A DNA stretch of 64,000 nucleotides from Alphaproteobacteria bacterium (GCA_965228895.1 OZ245842.1:1568001-1632000), one strand, 5' to 3'; positions 18,780 to 28,034 are shown, numbered from the stretch's first letter. The notes: generated from the sequence alone by a model not told the origin. Translations and numbers: made by a program.

Positions 18780-19949
18780 TCAGGCGGAAGCCCTGAAAAA
18801 GGCCCGGCACGCATCGGCAAAGGCCGTGGCGATGGAGGAAAGTTCGGTACCTGCCTTGCGCGCCAGGACGATTTTGCTGGCCGCGGCGTTGTCGGCGAGG
18901 GGACGTGCGACCAAAGCACGGCCGTCATAGGTCATGTTCGACGCCGGCTTGGTCGCGAGCAATGCGTAGCCAAGGCCATGACCGACCATGCCGCGGACCA
19001 TTTCGAGAGATCGTGAGCGAAAGCGGATGACCGGATCGTGGCCGCTCTGTTCGAACAGCGACAGAAAGTAGTCCGCGCTGGGTGGCGCATCGAGAAGGAT
19101 CATCGGTTCGCCTGCCAATTGTTCGAGCGACACGCTGGACCGGCCGGCCAGCGGATGGCCCTCGGCGAGCAAGACGTACGGCTTCAGGGCGTCGAGCGCC
19201 TCTTTCTCCAGGTCATCGCCGAGGTCGAGGTCGTAGAGAAGGGCGATTTCGGTCTCGCCCGACTTCAGGCCCTCGACGACCTGGCGCTGGTCGCCGTCGT
19301 GGAGTTGCAGTTGCGCTGCCGGGTGTTCGTCGACGAGGCGCGACAACAGCGCAGGCACGAGGTAGGGGCCGAACGTGTGAAAGCAGCCCAGGCGCAGCGG
19401 TTCCATTACGTTATCGGTCGCGTCGCCGCGCAGGCTGTGGATGCGCGTGGGCGTGCCGTAGGCGCGGTTGGCATAGATCAACGGCGAGCCGTGCGGCGCG
19501 ACGAAGATATCCTCGACCGCGCCCAGAAACACATGATGGGTACCGATACGTTCGCCGCTGACCATGCGGCAGTCGAACGCGACGAGGGGATCGACAACGC
19601 GCGGTGCCCCCGTGGTCTGGACCGTCCAATCGGCGCAAGAAAACTTGTCACCGTCATCGGTCTCGATCCGTCCGGCGAACGTATCGGAAATGAAAGACTG
19701 ATCGTCACGCAGCACGTTGACGCAGAAGACACCGTTTTCCAGGATTGCCGCAGCCGACGCGCTCTTGTGGTGCACACACACCAGCAGTGTCGGCTGCGGC
19801 GTATCCGCCGACACCGATGACATCGCCGAGACCGTTACCCCAGTCCGGCCGGCTGCACCATCGGTGGTCACCACGTTGACGGTGCAGGCGGCATGGCTCA
19901 TGCCGTTGAAGAACTGCTGCTTCAGATCGGCGTCGGTCAGGTCGTTCAT
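18780..19949 (-). CDS. Flavin reductase (HpaC-like) fused to a C-terminal LysR substrate-binding domain
   Basis: N-half: VNVVTTDG, GVTVSAMSSVS, PTLLVCV, FCVNVL, GTHHVFLG, PLIY..R.Y; C-half: LRLGCFHTFGP...SLEMVRGMVGHGLGYALL; no HTH. Confidence 0.9.
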   Translation of the reverse strand: MNDLTDADLKQQFFNGMSHAACTVNVVTTDGAAGRTGVTVSAMSSVSADTPQPTLLVCVHHKSASAAAILENGVFCVNVLRDDQSFISDTFAGRIETDDGDKFSCADWTVQTTGAPRVVDPLVAFDCRMVSGERIGTHHVFLGAVEDIFVAPHGSPLIYANRAYGTPTRIHSLRGDATDNVMEPLRLGCFHTFGPYLVPALLSRLVDEHPAAQLQLHDGDQRQVVEGLKSGETEIALLYDLDLGDDLEKEALDALKPYVLLAEGHPLAGRSSVSLEQLAGEPMILLDAPPSADYFLSLFEQSGHDPVIRFRSRSLEMVRGMVGHGLGYALLATKPASNMTYDGRALVARPLADNAAASKIVLARKAGTELSSIATAFADACRAFFRASA

Positions 19950-19991
19950 CGTTATCGATCCCTAGTTTGTTTCCGCTCATGCGGAACCGTT

Positions 19992-20062
19992 GCCAGCCCA
20001 CTCCCCCGCCCGGCCACCCCGAGGATGCTGCCATGGGTGGTCGGGCGGGGGAGTGGGCTGGC
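19992..20062 (+). repeat. Palindromic REP/MITE-like element, copy 3
   Basis: 28-bp arms (one G-T pair) around CGAGGATGCTGCCAT (20020-20034). Confidence 0.9.
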
Positions 20063-20081
20063 CATGGCCACTAAAGTAACG

Positions 20082-21617
20082 CTACGCCACGTCGTCCAGG
20101 TTCTGAGGCAGCATCGGCGAATGCTCGGCGAACCAGTGGGCGATCGTGCTGTCGCTGGTGCCTGGCGCCTTGTTCTCCAAGGTCTGATCAGACAAGTCTG
20201 CGACTTTGTGCATGAAGCGCATCGGACCGTCCCAATAGAAGTTGCGATAGACCGCGGCCAGATGCGCGAACGGCGGCGATTGCGCGAACAACTGGAAGGT
20301 CAGCCGGTGCCCGGCATAGTCCGAGTTGAAGAGATCGCGGGCGACGGCCAGCAGCTTGCGCCTGTCGTCGGCGGCCCAGTTGTCGTTGATGGTATAGAAC
20401 TTCTGCAGCCACGCGCTGGACTCGCCGTCGCTGAACGAGGCGGCGTCGGGCGTGACGCAGATCTGTCCGCCGCACAGCTCGCGTGCGATATGGACCATCG
20501 CCGGCAGGTTGGAACAGGCGTGCACGCGGCCCGTATAGAGCATCGACTGGTTCGGCATCATGAGGCCGCCCGGGCTCTTCTCGGCCAGCGAAATGGCGGC
20601 GGTCAGATGGGCGTTGATGCCTTCGCGGTAGACCGCGAGCTGAGCCAGTTTCTCCTGCACGGCCTGCTGTTTGTCGAGGCCGGTCTGGCGCACGTTGAAC
20701 ATGGCCGCGCCGATCATCATGTCGGCGAACTTCAGGTTGCGCTGCACGAAGGCGAACGCCGAGTACCGGTGCAGGGTCGCGCGGATGAAGGTCGCCGCCT
20801 TGGTGTGGCGATAGAACAGCACGTCTTCCCAGGGAATCAGCACATTGTCGAAGACGACCAGGGAGTCGACCTCGTCGAATTGGTTGGAGAGCGGGTAGTC
20901 TTCCTTCGGCGCGCGTCCGGCAAAACCGGTGCGGCACAGCATCTTGATGCCGGGCGTGCCGAGATCGCAGATAAAGCCGACGGCGTAGTCCGACAGCGCG
21001 TCCGAACCCCAGTTGGCGATGGTCGGTTTGGTGAACGCCTGGTTGGCGTAGGCTGCCGCGGTTTCATACTTGGCACCGCGCACGACGATGCCGGCGTCGG
21101 TCTCCTTGACCACGTGCAGCAGCATGTCCGGGTCCTGCTCCTGGGGCGGCTTGGAACGGTCGCCCTTGGGATCGGTGTTGGCGGAGACGTGGAACGGGTC
21201 ACCCTTCACCACCTTGTCGATGTGCCGGCGGATGTTCTCGGAGAACTGCGGGTCGACCTCGTTCAAGACGTCTTGACCGTCGAACAGGGACCACATTTCG
21301 CCGACCGTCTCGTCGCCGACGCGGGTGACGACGCCGTTGATGTCTTCGAACACCGCGTCCGTCGAGCGGCGTTTTTCCCACCAGTCCTTCTCGGTCCGCG
21401 GCGGCTTCAGGCCAACGGCGAACTTTTCGCCGTCCTCCTCATAGGTCATGACATCGGCGGTGGCGGGGTCGTGCGCCATGTCATAGATGCGCGCCCGGAT
21501 ATCGACCAGGGGTTTGAACATGGGATGCGACGGCACGTCCTTGACCTTCTCGCCGTTGACGTAGACCTGCCGGTCGTCGCGAATGGAATCGATGTACTCC
21601 TGGCCCGTCCTGATCAT
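20082..21617 (-). CDS. HpaB/PvcC family flavin-dependent monooxygenase, paralogue 2
   Basis: Colinear with the 3074..4525 product, with long identical blocks (QDPDMLLHVVKETDAGIVVRGAKYETAAAYA); extra C-terminal tail. Confidence 0.9.
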   Translation of the reverse strand: MIRTGQEYIDSIRDDRQVYVNGEKVKDVPSHPMFKPLVDIRARIYDMAHDPATADVMTYEEDGEKFAVGLKPPRTEKDWWEKRRSTDAVFEDINGVVTRVGDETVGEMWSLFDGQDVLNEVDPQFSENIRRHIDKVVKGDPFHVSANTDPKGDRSKPPQEQDPDMLLHVVKETDAGIVVRGAKYETAAAYANQAFTKPTIANWGSDALSDYAVGFICDLGTPGIKMLCRTGFAGRAPKEDYPLSNQFDEVDSLVVFDNVLIPWEDVLFYRHTKAATFIRATLHRYSAFAFVQRNLKFADMMIGAAMFNVRQTGLDKQQAVQEKLAQLAVYREGINAHLTAAISLAEKSPGGLMMPNQSMLYTGRVHACSNLPAMVHIARELCGGQICVTPDAASFSDGESSAWLQKFYTINDNWAADDRRKLLAVARDLFNSDYAGHRLTFQLFAQSPPFAHLAAVYRNFYWDGPMRFMHKVADLSDQTLENKAPGTSDSTIAHWFAEHSPMLPQNLDDVA

Positions 21618-21710
21618 CGCCTGCTCCTCGTTTCGGGAATAGATCGGGGAGGGCGGTCCGGCCGGCCCTCACGCTTCGATGCGGGGAACGTGGACGATCA
21701 CGCTGGTTCC

Positions 21711-21752
21711 GTAAAATATAACTTTCCCAAGCGTAGGATAGTTTTTTCTAAT
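21711..21752 (-). promoter_or_regulatory. Putative LysR-type binding region upstream of monooxygenase 2
   Basis: Minus strand ATTAGAAAAAACTAT-CCTACGCTTGGGAAAGTTATATTTT aligns without gaps to 2974-3015. Confidence 0.6.
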
Positions 21753-21837
21753 GATTTGACATGATGCCGTTCAATGTACGCAGTGGCAGGTCGCGTGACT
21801 GTGCGTATCATGCGGTTGGTTGTGGGGCGCGGTGCTG

Positions 21838-22539
21838 ATGACGGACCTTCTGGTCGTTCTGACTCCGATTGGACTGCTGGACAGTACGTCCATCATCCCC
21901 TTGTGCATTGTCTTGCTCGTCATGCTGCTGGCAGGGCCCAATCCACTGGTCAGGTCATGCGCGCTGATCCTGGGAATTTTCGTCGCCTACCTCGCGTTCG
22001 GCCTCCTCGTTCTCTTCGGTTTGCAGACGATCATTGACGAGGTCGAGGTTTACATCGACCGACTGTGGACCAATCCAAATCTCGAAGAACTGATCCTTCA
22101 GATCATCATCGGGATGGTGCTATGCGTGGTGGCATGGCGCATGATCGCAAAGGACAAGAAAAGAGCCGACAAACCCGCACCGTCTTCCTTGACGGCCGTC
22201 CAGGCCTTCACGTCAGGCGCGGTCTTGACCATTGTCGGGTTGCCGGGCGCCGTGCCGTATTTCGCCGCGATCGAGCTGACGTTGCGTGCGGAACTGGCGA
22301 TGGCGGAAGAGATCATCGCGCTGGTCTTCTACAATGTCGTCTTCGTTCTGCCGATCGCGGCGATCGTCGTCCTGCGCGCTATCCTCGGAGACCGCAGCCA
22401 ACGCCTGTTCGACAGGATCAAGGTGTTTTTCGACACGTGGGGTCAGCGGGTGATCGTCGCCTTGCTGATCGTGCTCGGCGTGATCCTCATACTTGACGGT
22501 ATCGGCTGGCTCGTCGGCTATCCGTTGATCCCGGTCTAG
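21838..22539 (+). CDS. GAP/Sap family (LysE superfamily) membrane protein
   Basis: Six TM helices; GLLDSTS.IP, LPGAVPYFAAI, YNVVFVLP. Confidence 0.7.
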   Translation: MTDLLVVLTPIGLLDSTSIIPLCIVLLVMLLAGPNPLVRSCALILGIFVAYLAFGLLVLFGLQTIIDEVEVYIDRLWTNPNLEELILQIIIGMVLCVVAWRMIAKDKKRADKPAPSSLTAVQAFTSGAVLTIVGLPGAVPYFAAIELTLRAELAMAEEIIALVFYNVVFVLPIAAIVVLRAILGDRSQRLFDRIKVFFDTWGQRVIVALLIVLGVILILDGIGWLVGYPLIPV

Positions 22540-22557
22540 ATCCGGCGACAGATCGGC

Positions 22558-23298
22558 CTAAGCCGCCCTCTTTAAAGCGCCATCGAAGTCACTGCGCCAG
22601 GCGGCGAAGCCAACGACGTAGTTGTAGCCGCAAACGGTCTTGAGATCGCGACCGTCGACAATGTCGACGATTCGGTCGGCGCATTCCCGCGTGGCGTCCT
22701 TCGGCCCGTGGGGGTTGAGACGCATCTTCGCGCCGGGCGGAAAGGCGTAGTCGCAGGCGAACAGCACGTCACCCAGAATGTACATCGTCCAGCCAGGTGA
22801 ATGGCCGCCGATATGAAAGGCTTCGAGGTCGCCGTGTTTGAAGTCGCCAGTGAACTTGTCGTCGACAGGGAAAGCCGCGACCAGCGGATTGGCGGCGTCC
22901 GCCTCATGCAGGTGGACCTTGCAGTCCCATAGCGCGCGGTACTGGTTCGACGCGCCCAGGAAGTCCTTGTGGGTGAAGAAGATGTGGTCGACCGGCTGAA
23001 GATTTCGGTTGAAGGCGGACGGACAGTCGATCCATAAGGCGCCATTCTTGCCTTCGATACGATAGGCCGCGTGTTCGATGCCCAGGCGCGGCTGGGACAT
23101 CAATTGGGTCACCCGGTCTGTCACCGGCTTGGGCGTCACCGTATAGCCCTGCTCGGTCTCATCCCACGTTTTGAACTTGTCATGGCGTGCGCCGCAGAAC
23201 GGGCAGACATCCGGCATCTCGCCGATCATGTTGTAACCGCAGGTCAGGCACACCCATTGCTGGGTGGGAAAGTTCATGGGTAAGGGTCTGTCGAGCAT
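22558..23298 (-). CDS. Rubredoxin-like domain fused to a metallo-beta-lactamase-fold domain
   Basis: WVCLTCGY...CPFCGA; FFTHKD, GGHSPG, LFACD. Confidence 0.75.
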   Translation of the reverse strand: MLDRPLPMNFPTQQWVCLTCGYNMIGEMPDVCPFCGARHDKFKTWDETEQGYTVTPKPVTDRVTQLMSQPRLGIEHAAYRIEGKNGALWIDCPSAFNRNLQPVDHIFFTHKDFLGASNQYRALWDCKVHLHEADAANPLVAAFPVDDKFTGDFKHGDLEAFHIGGHSPGWTMYILGDVLFACDYAFPPGAKMRLNPHGPKDATRECADRIVDIVDGRDLKTVCGYNYVVGFAAWRSDFDGALKRAA

Positions 23299-23327
23299 GG
23301 TGTGCTCCCCATATCTGTCAGAGCAGG

Positions 23328-24848
23328 TCAGCGGTCGAAGCGCAGGACGTCGCGCGCTTCGGCTTCGTGCCAGTTGCCACGATAATAACGCACGGCGGCG
23401 TCGTCGAACGGCTGGAAATCGACGGGCGTGCGCTTGCCGGTCATCAAAGCCTTGTTGACCAAGGCGTTGCGGCGCTGCTTGGTCAGGATGCGTTCAGTCA
23501 GCGCCTTGAGCGGCCAGCGCTGGCGCACCTCCGACTCGAAGCCCTCGACCTCCGCCTTACAGTCTAGATCGTGCACCAAATTGTCCCGTTCATCGGGGTC
23601 GTCGGCGAGGTCGAAGAGAGAGCAGGGGCCGCCCTCCCAATGCACGAACTTCCTGGTGCCCCGCCGGATCATGACGCCAGGCGCCCTTACGCCTTCGAAA
23701 AAGATCTCCGATGCCGTTTCGTCCCGCCAGGCCGCGCCGTCGCCGGTGATCAGCGGCATCAGGCTGCGCCCTTCGACCGGCTCGACCAACGCGTCGGTGC
23801 CGCCGTCGAGTGCCATGTCGAGCAGGGTCGGCATCAGATCGATCAGCGATGTTGCCTGGGCAACACGGCGCGTACCCGTCATGCCGGGGATGTGCACCAT
23901 CAGCGGCACGCGCGCTGAGCGTTCGTAGAAGCTCATCTTGTACCAGCAGCCGCGCTCGCCCAGCATGTCGCCGTGATCGGCGGTGAAGATGATGATCGTG
24001 TTGTCGTTCAGACGCGCGGCTTGCAGCGCGTCCAGCACCCGGCCAATCAGATCGTCGACCAGGGCAATCGAGCCGTAGTAGCCGTGGCGCGCGGTGCGGA
24101 TGTGCTCGTCTGTCACGTCAAATTCGCCGCGATCATAGTGGCGGTAGAGCCACTGACCGTGGGCGTCGCGTGCTTCCGGCGCGATAAACGGCACGGTGGG
24201 CATGTCGATATCATCGGCGCGGTAGCGATCCCAATAGGCGGGCGGCGTGACGTAGGGATCGTGAGGGTGGGTGAACGACACCTTCAGGCAGAACGGCCGC
24301 TCGTCGCCGCTTCGGGCGTAGTCATAGATCCAGCGCACAGCAAGGTGCGCGGTATCGTCGTCGTGATCGAGTTGTGTGCCGCGTTCGACGATACCCGCCT
24401 CGACGACATTCTTGAGGTCGTGGAACCAGGGCAGAATGCGGTCGGGCTCGTCCCAGATACCATACCAGTGATTGTCGGCCGGACAGATGTCGGTGGTCAG
24501 CCGCGTCTCCAACCCGTGCAACTGGTCGGGGCCGATGTAATGCGCCTTGCCGCTCAACACCGTCGCATAGCCGCCGGCGCGCAGATAGTGCGCGAAGGTC
24601 GGCGTCGACCACGGGTAATCGCAGCCGCTGTCGAAGACGTCGACCGCGGACGGCAGACGCCCGGTCATCAACCCCGCCCGCGCAGGCACACAGAGCGGCG
24701 CGTTCGAGTAGTGCGCATCGAAGATGACACTGTCGGCGGCGATAGCGTCCAGCCGCGGTGTCTTCACAATCTTGTGCCCATAGGCCGGCAGGAAGTGCGG
24801 CGCGAGCTGGTCGGCCATCAAGAACAGGATGTTGGGCTGGGTCGTCAT
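23328..24848 (-). CDS. betC: Choline-sulfatase-like sulfatase
   Basis: PNILFLMADQL, LCVPARAGLMTG (CxPxR), GPDQLHG, RLTTDI, SFTHPHDPY, DHGDMLGERG.WYKM. Confidence 0.8.
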   Translation of the reverse strand: MTTQPNILFLMADQLAPHFLPAYGHKIVKTPRLDAIAADSVIFDAHYSNAPLCVPARAGLMTGRLPSAVDVFDSGCDYPWSTPTFAHYLRAGGYATVLSGKAHYIGPDQLHGLETRLTTDICPADNHWYGIWDEPDRILPWFHDLKNVVEAGIVERGTQLDHDDDTAHLAVRWIYDYARSGDERPFCLKVSFTHPHDPYVTPPAYWDRYRADDIDMPTVPFIAPEARDAHGQWLYRHYDRGEFDVTDEHIRTARHGYYGSIALVDDLIGRVLDALQAARLNDNTIIIFTADHGDMLGERGCWYKMSFYERSARVPLMVHIPGMTGTRRVAQATSLIDLMPTLLDMALDGGTDALVEPVEGRSLMPLITGDGAAWRDETASEIFFEGVRAPGVMIRRGTRKFVHWEGGPCSLFDLADDPDERDNLVHDLDCKAEVEGFESEVRQRWPLKALTERILTKQRRNALVNKALMTGKRTPVDFQPFDDAAVRYYRGNWHEAEARDVLRFDR

Positions 24849-24879
24849 AGCGGCGTCTCCCGAGATCCGGTCGATGCTA

Positions 24880-25620
24880 TCAGCCGTCCTTTCGGGCTGC
24901 GATCAGGAACTCCTTGTTGCCGTCGGCGCCGGTGACCGGGCTGTCGGTAATGCCGAGCACCTGCCAACCCGGCTGATCGGCGAGCCACGTTTCGATGTCG
25001 CGACAGACGGCGTCGTGTACGGCGGGGTCGGTGACGATACCGCCTTTGCCGACCTCGCTGCGGCCGGCTTCGAATTGCGGTTTGATCAGCGCGACGAGTG
25101 CAGCACCCGGTGCTGCCAGGGCAAGGGCTGCGGGCAGGGCGGTTTTCAGGCTGATGAAACTGAGGTCGGCGGTGATGATGTCGACGGGCTGGGGGATCAG
25201 CGTCTTGTCGAGATCGCGGACATTGGTCTTTTCCAGCACGGTGACGCGGGTGTCCTCGCGCAGTTTCCAGGCAAGCTGGCCGTGGCCGACGTCGACGGCA
25301 TAGACGCTGGACGCGCCTCTGACGAGCAGCACGTCGGTGAAGCCGCCGGTTGAGGCGCCCAGATCGAGCGCCGTCTTGCCCGCGACATCCAGACCGAAAT
25401 GGGTGAGCGCGTGATCGAGCTTCAGGCCACCGCGGCCGACCCAGGGGTGGTCCTTGCCGCGCAGTTCCAAATCCGTGTCGTCGGCAAGCTGGTGGCCGGG
25501 TTTATCGAGGCGTTTGTCGGCGGAAAACACCAAGCCGGCCATGATCAGGGCCTGGGCGCGGGTGCGGTTTTCGGCGAGGCCCCGTTCGACCAGAAGTTGG
25601 TCGAGGCGCCGCTTGGTCAC
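24880..25620 (-). CDS. tlyA: TlyA family rRNA 2'-O-methyltransferase
   Basis: KRRLDQLLVERGL S4 domain; DLGASTGGFTD, DLSFISL, LIKPQFE, GNKEFL; GTG start at 25620. Confidence 0.93.
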   Translation of the reverse strand: MTKRRLDQLLVERGLAENRTRAQALIMAGLVFSADKRLDKPGHQLADDTDLELRGKDHPWVGRGGLKLDHALTHFGLDVAGKTALDLGASTGGFTDVLLVRGASSVYAVDVGHGQLAWKLREDTRVTVLEKTNVRDLDKTLIPQPVDIITADLSFISLKTALPAALALAAPGAALVALIKPQFEAGRSEVGKGGIVTDPAVHDAVCRDIETWLADQPGWQVLGITDSPVTGADGNKEFLIAARKDG

Positions 25621-26093
25621 CGGTAGAAGATGTGCGGGCCGATCTGAACGGTGCGCTCCAGCTTCGACGCCCAGGACGGCTCGACCTGGGTGTTGTGGAA
25701 ATAGAGCGCACCGTCGGTCGGGTCGGGGTCGTCGCCGGCCATGACAAGCTGGGCGACCTCGACCGCCTCGTCCCATTTTGTACTGTTTGTCGGTTCGTCG
25801 CTCTTGCCGTCGCACCACCAGTGGAACTGGCAGCCATAGAGCGCCCCTTCAGGCCCCTGATGCACGACGTCACAGACGGTGTCTGGAAACTGGGGGTTGG
25901 CCATGCGGTTCATGGTGACGTGACCGACGGCCCGCTGACCTTCGGTATCGCCGGCGGGCGCTTCAAAATAGATGTTGAGCGCCATGCACTCCAGCGAGTG
26001 GTACTCGGTGGGGCTGGCGACCGTGTCATCGCTTGGGGCGCAAGCAAGCAGCACCAGCCCGGCCATCATCACGACAAATGCAAAACGCTTCAT
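25617..26093 (-). CDS. SleB/CwlJ-type cell wall hydrolase (Hydrolase_2), probable lipoprotein
   Basis: LLAC lipobox; CMALNIYFEA, NR, FPDTVCDVV.Q, CQF.W.CDG, DPTDGALYFH, IGPHIFY. Confidence 0.9.
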   Translation of the reverse strand: MKRFAFVVMMAGLVLLACAPSDDTVASPTEYHSLECMALNIYFEAPAGDTEGQRAVGHVTMNRMANPQFPDTVCDVVHQGPEGALYGCQFHWWCDGKSDEPTNSTKWDEAVEVAQLVMAGDDPDPTDGALYFHNTQVEPSWASKLERTVQIGPHIFYR

Positions 26094-26111
26094 GACTAAC
26101 AGGCCGCCGCG

Positions 26112-28034
26112 TCAGGCGCGGACGGGCGCCTCGCTGGCATCCTGACCCAGAGCCGTCAGGACGGTGGCCACGATATCGGACGCGTTAAGGCCGGCCTCGT
26201 CGTACATTTCGACCGGCTTGGCCTGGTCGATGAACTTGGGCGGCAGCATCATCGGGCGAACCTTGAGCCCCGAATCCAACAAGCCGTCATGAGCCATGAA
26301 GTTGAAGACGTGAGCGGCAAAACCGCCAACCGAGCCTTCTTCGATCGTGACCAGCACCTCGTGCTCGCGCGCCAGCCGCCGCACGAGATCCTCATCCAGT
26401 GGCGTGCAGAAGCGCGCATCGGCGACCGTGGTCGACAGGCCCCGGGCGGCAAGAACATCGGCGGCCTTGTTGCATTCGGCCAGGCGCGCGCCGAATGACA
26501 GCAGGGCGACGGCACTGCCTTCGCGCATGATCCGGCCCTTGCCCAGGTCCAGCACCGTGCCGCGGTCGGGCAGGTCGACGCCGATGCCTTCGCCGCGCGG
26601 ATAGCGGAACGCCGATGGCCGGTCGTCGATCGCCGCGGCGGTCGCGACCATGTGCATGAGGTCCGCCTCGTCGGCGGCCGCCATCACAACGAATCCCGGC
26701 AGAGTAGCGAGATAGGCGACATCGAAGGCGCCGGCATGGGTCGGGCCGTCGGCACCGACGAGGCCAGCGCGGTCGATCGCGAAACGCACGGGCAGGCTCT
26801 GAATCGCAACGTCATGCACAACCTGGTCATAGGCGCGTTGCAGGAATGTCGAATAGATCGTCGCGAACGGTTTGAACCCTTCGCACGCCAAGCCGGCGGC
26901 AAAGGTGACGCCATGCTGTTCGGCGATGCCGACATCAAACGAGCGGTCGGGGAAACGTTCGGCGAACTTGTCGATGCCGGTGCCCGACGGCATCGCAGCG
27001 GTAATCGCGCAAATCCGGTCGTCGGCTTCGGCCTCGGCGATCAATCCCTTGGCGAACACGGACGTGTAGCTCGGCGCCTTCGGTTTGGCCTTCGCCTGGG
27101 CTCCGGTGATGACATCGAACTGGGAGACGCCGTGGTAGCGATCGGCGGATTTCTCCGCGGGTTCGTAACCTTTGCCCTTGTGCGTGACACAGTGGACGAG
27201 CACCGGCCCGTTCTCACGTGTATCGCGCAGGTTTTTCAGGATCGGCAACAGGTGATCGAGGTTATGGCCGTCGATCGGGCCGATGTAATAGAAGCCGAGT
27301 TCTTCGAACAACGTGCCGCCAGTGGCGATACCGCGGGCGTACTCCTCGAAGCGTTTGGCCGCGACTTCCAGAGAGCGCGGAAAACGTGCGGCCAAGCCCT
27401 TGGCCATGCTGCGCGCCGAGCGGTAGGTGCCCGAGGAGAGCGCGCGCGCCAGATAGGCGCTCATGGCGCCGACGGGCGGCGCGATCGACATATCGTTGTC
27501 GTTCAAGATGACGATCAGGCGGGTGTCGCGGGCGCCGGCATTGTTCATGGCCTCATAAGCCATGCCCGCCGACATCGCGCCGTCGCCGATGACGCAGATG
27601 ACGTCGCGCTCCTCGCCCTTCAGTTCGCTGGCGACCGCCATGCCCAGGCCGGACGAAATCGACGTCGAGCTGTGCGCGGCGCCAAACGGGTCGTATTCGC
27701 TTTCGGCCCGTTTGGTGAAACCCGACAGCCCATCCTTTTGACGCAACGTACGGATTCGGTCGCGCCGGCCAGTCAGGATCTTGTGGGGATAACACTGATG
27801 GCCGACATCCCAGATCAGGCGATCATCGGGCGTGTTGAAAATGTGATGGATGGCCACCGTCAGTTCGACGACGCCCAGGCCGGCACCCAGATGTCCGCCT
27901 GTCTCGGCGACGGCGTTGATCATGTCGTGGCGTACTTCGTCGGCCAGCTGGCGCAATTCCTGCGGTGTCATATCGCGGATGTCGACTGGCCAAGTGACGC
28001 CGTCGAGGAGGGGAGTCTCGTTGGAGATCGTCAA
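26112..28034 (-). CDS. dxs: 1-deoxy-D-xylulose-5-phosphate synthase
   Basis: [49 protein letters not shown]. Confidence 0.98.
   Translation of the reverse strand: MTISNETPLLDGVTWPVDIRDMTPQELRQLADEVRHDMINAVAETGGHLGAGLGVVELTVAIHHIFNTPDDRLIWDVGHQCYPHKILTGRRDRIRTLRQKDGLSGFTKRAESEYDPFGAAHSSTSISSGLGMAVASELKGEERDVICVIGDGAMSAGMAYEAMNNAGARDTRLIVILNDNDMSIAPPVGAMSAYLARALSSGTYRSARSMAKGLAARFPRSLEVAAKRFEEYARGIATGGTLFEELGFYYIGPIDGHNLDHLLPILKNLRDTRENGPVLVHCVTHKGKGYEPAEKSADRYHGVSQFDVITGAQAKAKPKAPSYTSVFAKGLIAEAEADDRICAITAAMPSGTGIDKFAERFPDRSFDVGIAEQHGVTFAAGLACEGFKPFATIYSTFLQRAYDQVVHDVAIQSLPVRFAIDRAGLVGADGPTHAGAFDVAYLATLPGFVVMAAADEADLMHMVATAAAIDDRPSAFRYPRGEGIGVDLPDRGTVLDLGKGRIMREGSAVALLSFGARLAECNKAADVLAARGLSTTVADARFCTPLDEDLVRRLAREHEVLVTIEEGSVGGFAAHVFNFMAHDGLLDSGLKVRPMMLPPKFIDQAKPVEMYDEAGLNASDIVATVLTALGQDASEAPVRA

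Noticed and set aside
16462-20062. The three repeats as a CRISPR array
   Set aside because: Copies are 1.1-2.3 kb apart, separated by whole genes, in mixed orientation and longer than CRISPR repeats; no cas genes are present
19893-21764. 623-aa + strand ORF (and similar long ORFs at 26652..28136, 39797..41053, 44108..45514, 61088..62257)
   Set aside because: Antisense shadows of well-supported genes; expected from GC3-rich codon usage, and they contain no recognisable motifs
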